Shown here: one piece after another, positions 61,621 through 64,000 of the stretch
How positions within the stretch are numbered: the first letter of the stretch is position 1
Layout of the letters: every line of letters starts with the position of its first letter
Assembly (NCBI GenBank): GCA_038087875.1
Contig: CM075986.1
Location: forward strand, 11,222,001-11,286,000
DNA: 64,000 nucleotides
From: Malacoraja senta
Lineage: Eukaryota
Direction: 5' to 3'
The notes under the pieces: model-generated
The model's input: only the letters and a program-made list of their open reading frames with translations
What the model was told of the DNA's origin: nothing
Databases searched by the model: none
Translations under genes and position numbers: made by a program

Positions 61621-62547
61621 ATGGTTCCTTTATTCAGTGCTTCTGGATGAATATAATCGCAAATAGTGTCATAGAGTCATACAGCCCTTTGGCCCACTCG
61701 ACAATGCGTACCAAGATGCACCACCTTAAGCTTGTCCCATCTTCCCACGTTTGGCCCATATCCCCCTGAACCTTTCCTTCCATGCACCAAATATCCAAAT
61801 ATCTTTTTACCGGTCTCAACTACTTCCTTTGGCACATCGTTCCATATCTCCACCTATGCAAATGCACATATTATTCTCTGCCTCTGTTAAAGACAGGGGA
61901 TTAGAAGTGGCAGGACTGCAGAGTATCCATCTGATTCAATGGTTATATGGTTGATTAGCACTTTCTAATGCATTCCATGTCTCTGCATCACTCAGTTGGT
62001 ATCTCATCATCTTTAGTGCATGCCTGAAGCCACTCCAGCATGTTTTCAACACGTATTGAAATCGGCTCAATTCTATGGCTTAATGGCCATTTTGAAGAGA
62101 GGGAAATGGCAGGCCATTGGGTGACATTCTGTACTGGTGTACATTTCTACTGCTGCTGCAGATTAACTGCTGATTGTCATGTGCTTCTGGTGTTGAATGG
62201 CCAAAATACACCATCAATCTACAACAGTGAACTGGCATCCTTAATACCATCTCCACAACATTCTTCTTTCATGTTTCTGTTGTCACCCTTTACATGATTT
62301 CAATAAAAAGCACGTCAGCCCTCTTCTGGAATTGCTCAAACATTGCTAAATGCCAGAATTGGCCACAATAAAGTGCACATTTGCAATCTAGCTTCCTCTC
62401 AAGTGAAACCCCCCCCCCCCAGTAAATGTGCATTTAAGGCAAGCATATCATCCTTCTGGCTTCGGGTTCCTACATATTCAAGACAGATCTTCATCACGAC
62501 GATCTTTAATCCAGTCCAATATTAGATGGTGAGCGATGGTTCCAAAA

Positions 62548-63017
62548 CACTTTAACTCCACCTCCCATTTCCATACTGATCTTTCTGTCCTGGGCCTCCT
62601 CCACTGTCAGAGTAAGGCCCAATGCAAATTGGAGGAACAGCGCCTCATATTTCACTTGGGCAGCTTACAACAATATGAATATTGATTTCTCTAACTTCAA
62701 GTAACCCTTGCTTTACCTCTCCCTCCATCCCTCCTCCACCCTAATTCTCCGACGAGTTTCACTTTCCTTTTGATTAATTTTACTGATTGTATGCCTCCTT
62801 GTCCCTTCCCCTCAGCTAACAATGAACCATTCTACATTTTCTTATCATCGTCAGCTTTGATCTGTCATTTTCACACCCTACCCTTCCACATATCTCTAGA
62901 CTCCCTCTACCCTGACTCTCAGTTTGAAGAAGGGTCGTGACCCAAAATGTCGGCCATCCTTTCCCTCCAGAGATACTGCCAGTATCACTAAGTTGCTCCA
63001 GCACTTTGTGTCCATCT
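62548..63017 (+). mobile_element. Penelope-like element 3' end: GIY-YIG C-terminus, stop, 3' region, degenerate hammerhead (62924-62951)
   Basis: HFNSTSHFHTDLSVLGLLHCQSKAQCKLEEQRLIFHLGSLQ / MNIDFSNFK* (stop at 62702-04). Confidence 0.85.
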
Positions 63018-63284
63018 CTAGTATTAGCTGGAGCAGATCTGCCTGCAGACGTAAAATATCAAAAACATGTACATAGTGACTAATGCTACATAGTAGTAAT
63101 ATAGTGATTGAGCCAATAACTTCACTTGGACATATCCAGGTACAAACTATGGGGAGGCCCACCCAATCAACATCCCTCACTATGACCACACAGAATTGCA
63201 AACAAAAAGAACCACACTTTTTTTCTGGCATTTTCAACAATTATGGATCCTATAATACGTTATGCTTGAAACAATTCTACAAAA

Positions 63285-63586
63285 GGGCGGCAGGGTGGAG
63301 CAGCGGAAGAGTTGCTGCCTTACAGCGCCAGAGACCCGGGTTTGATCCTGACTATAGGCGCAGTCTGTATGGTTTGTATGTTCTCGCCGTGACCTGTGTG
63401 GGTTTTCTCCGAGTGCTCCGGTTTCCTCCCACGCTCCAAAGACGTACAGGTTTGAAGGTTAATTGACTTCGGTAAAATTGTAAAAATTGTCGCTAGTGTG
63501 TGTGTAGAATAGTGCTAGTGTGCGGGGATCGCTGGTCGGCATGGACTCGGTTGGCCAAAGGGCTGGTGTCCATAAACTAAACTGAA
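63285..63586 (+). mobile_element. HE1-like SINE
   Basis: Head, core and tail similarity. Confidence 0.85.
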
Positions 63587-64000
63587 ACACAATACAGTGA
63601 ATCAAACCCTGAATCAACGTCCATGAGCTCAAAACATCTGGTGGCACTGAAATCTAGTGAGGTTTAACTTTATACATAAATTCAAGGAGGGCCTCCACAA
63701 TCTGAACAGCTTTGATGGAACAATGGTTTCCTGCTGTTTGTCAATGACTTGATTCAGTATCATATGGTTTAGCCAGAGCCATATGTTGCAATATCAATAT
63801 ACTACTTTGTTTGAACTGAGGTCTGAACTGCAGAAATTAGACAAAAAAATTTGAATTTTAGTATGTTGAGGCTAGCACTATATTCAATTGGCACTCTGTT
63901 ACATGCAAGCAAAGGCAGGCTAAATCAACATAAGGCCTCACAACCAATCTCAATCCTTGCCTCAGTTCACATACAAATATTTTTGCAACAAATATTTCCA

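Overview
Repeat-dense eukaryotic genomic DNA. The HE1-type V-SINEs, DeuSINE and shark-type CR1/Penelope repeats point to a cartilaginous fish, probably a skate or ray (inference). I recognise no host protein-coding exon, so the window is probably a large intron or intergenic region. One 162-N assembly gap lies at 6498-6659. Contents: about 18 HE1-like SINEs; many CR1, Rex1/Babar, RTE and L2-type LINE fragments; Penelope-like (PLE) remnants plus more than 15 short PLE-derived insertions, most carrying a minimal hammerhead-ribozyme motif, often as fold-back palindromes with ~14-15 bp target-site duplications (TSDs); six PIF/Harbinger elements sharing one TIR, one retaining remnants of both transposase and Myb/MADF genes; and one 3.6-kb Ty3/Gypsy element. 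The Gypsy element is the most striking feature. Its 5' LTR is followed by an exact 18-nt copy of the tRNA-Leu primer, joined by microhomology to an inverted gag/RT segment, then an intact RNaseH-integrase ORF. It has no TSD and is abutted by a perfect 149-bp inverted duplication of host DNA, which reads as a fossil of aberrant plus-strand transfer and aberrant integration. Smaller repair scars include a (TTAGGG)n patch inside one CR1 and a template-switch 34-bp hairpin inside another. Boundaries of old repeat fragments are approximate.
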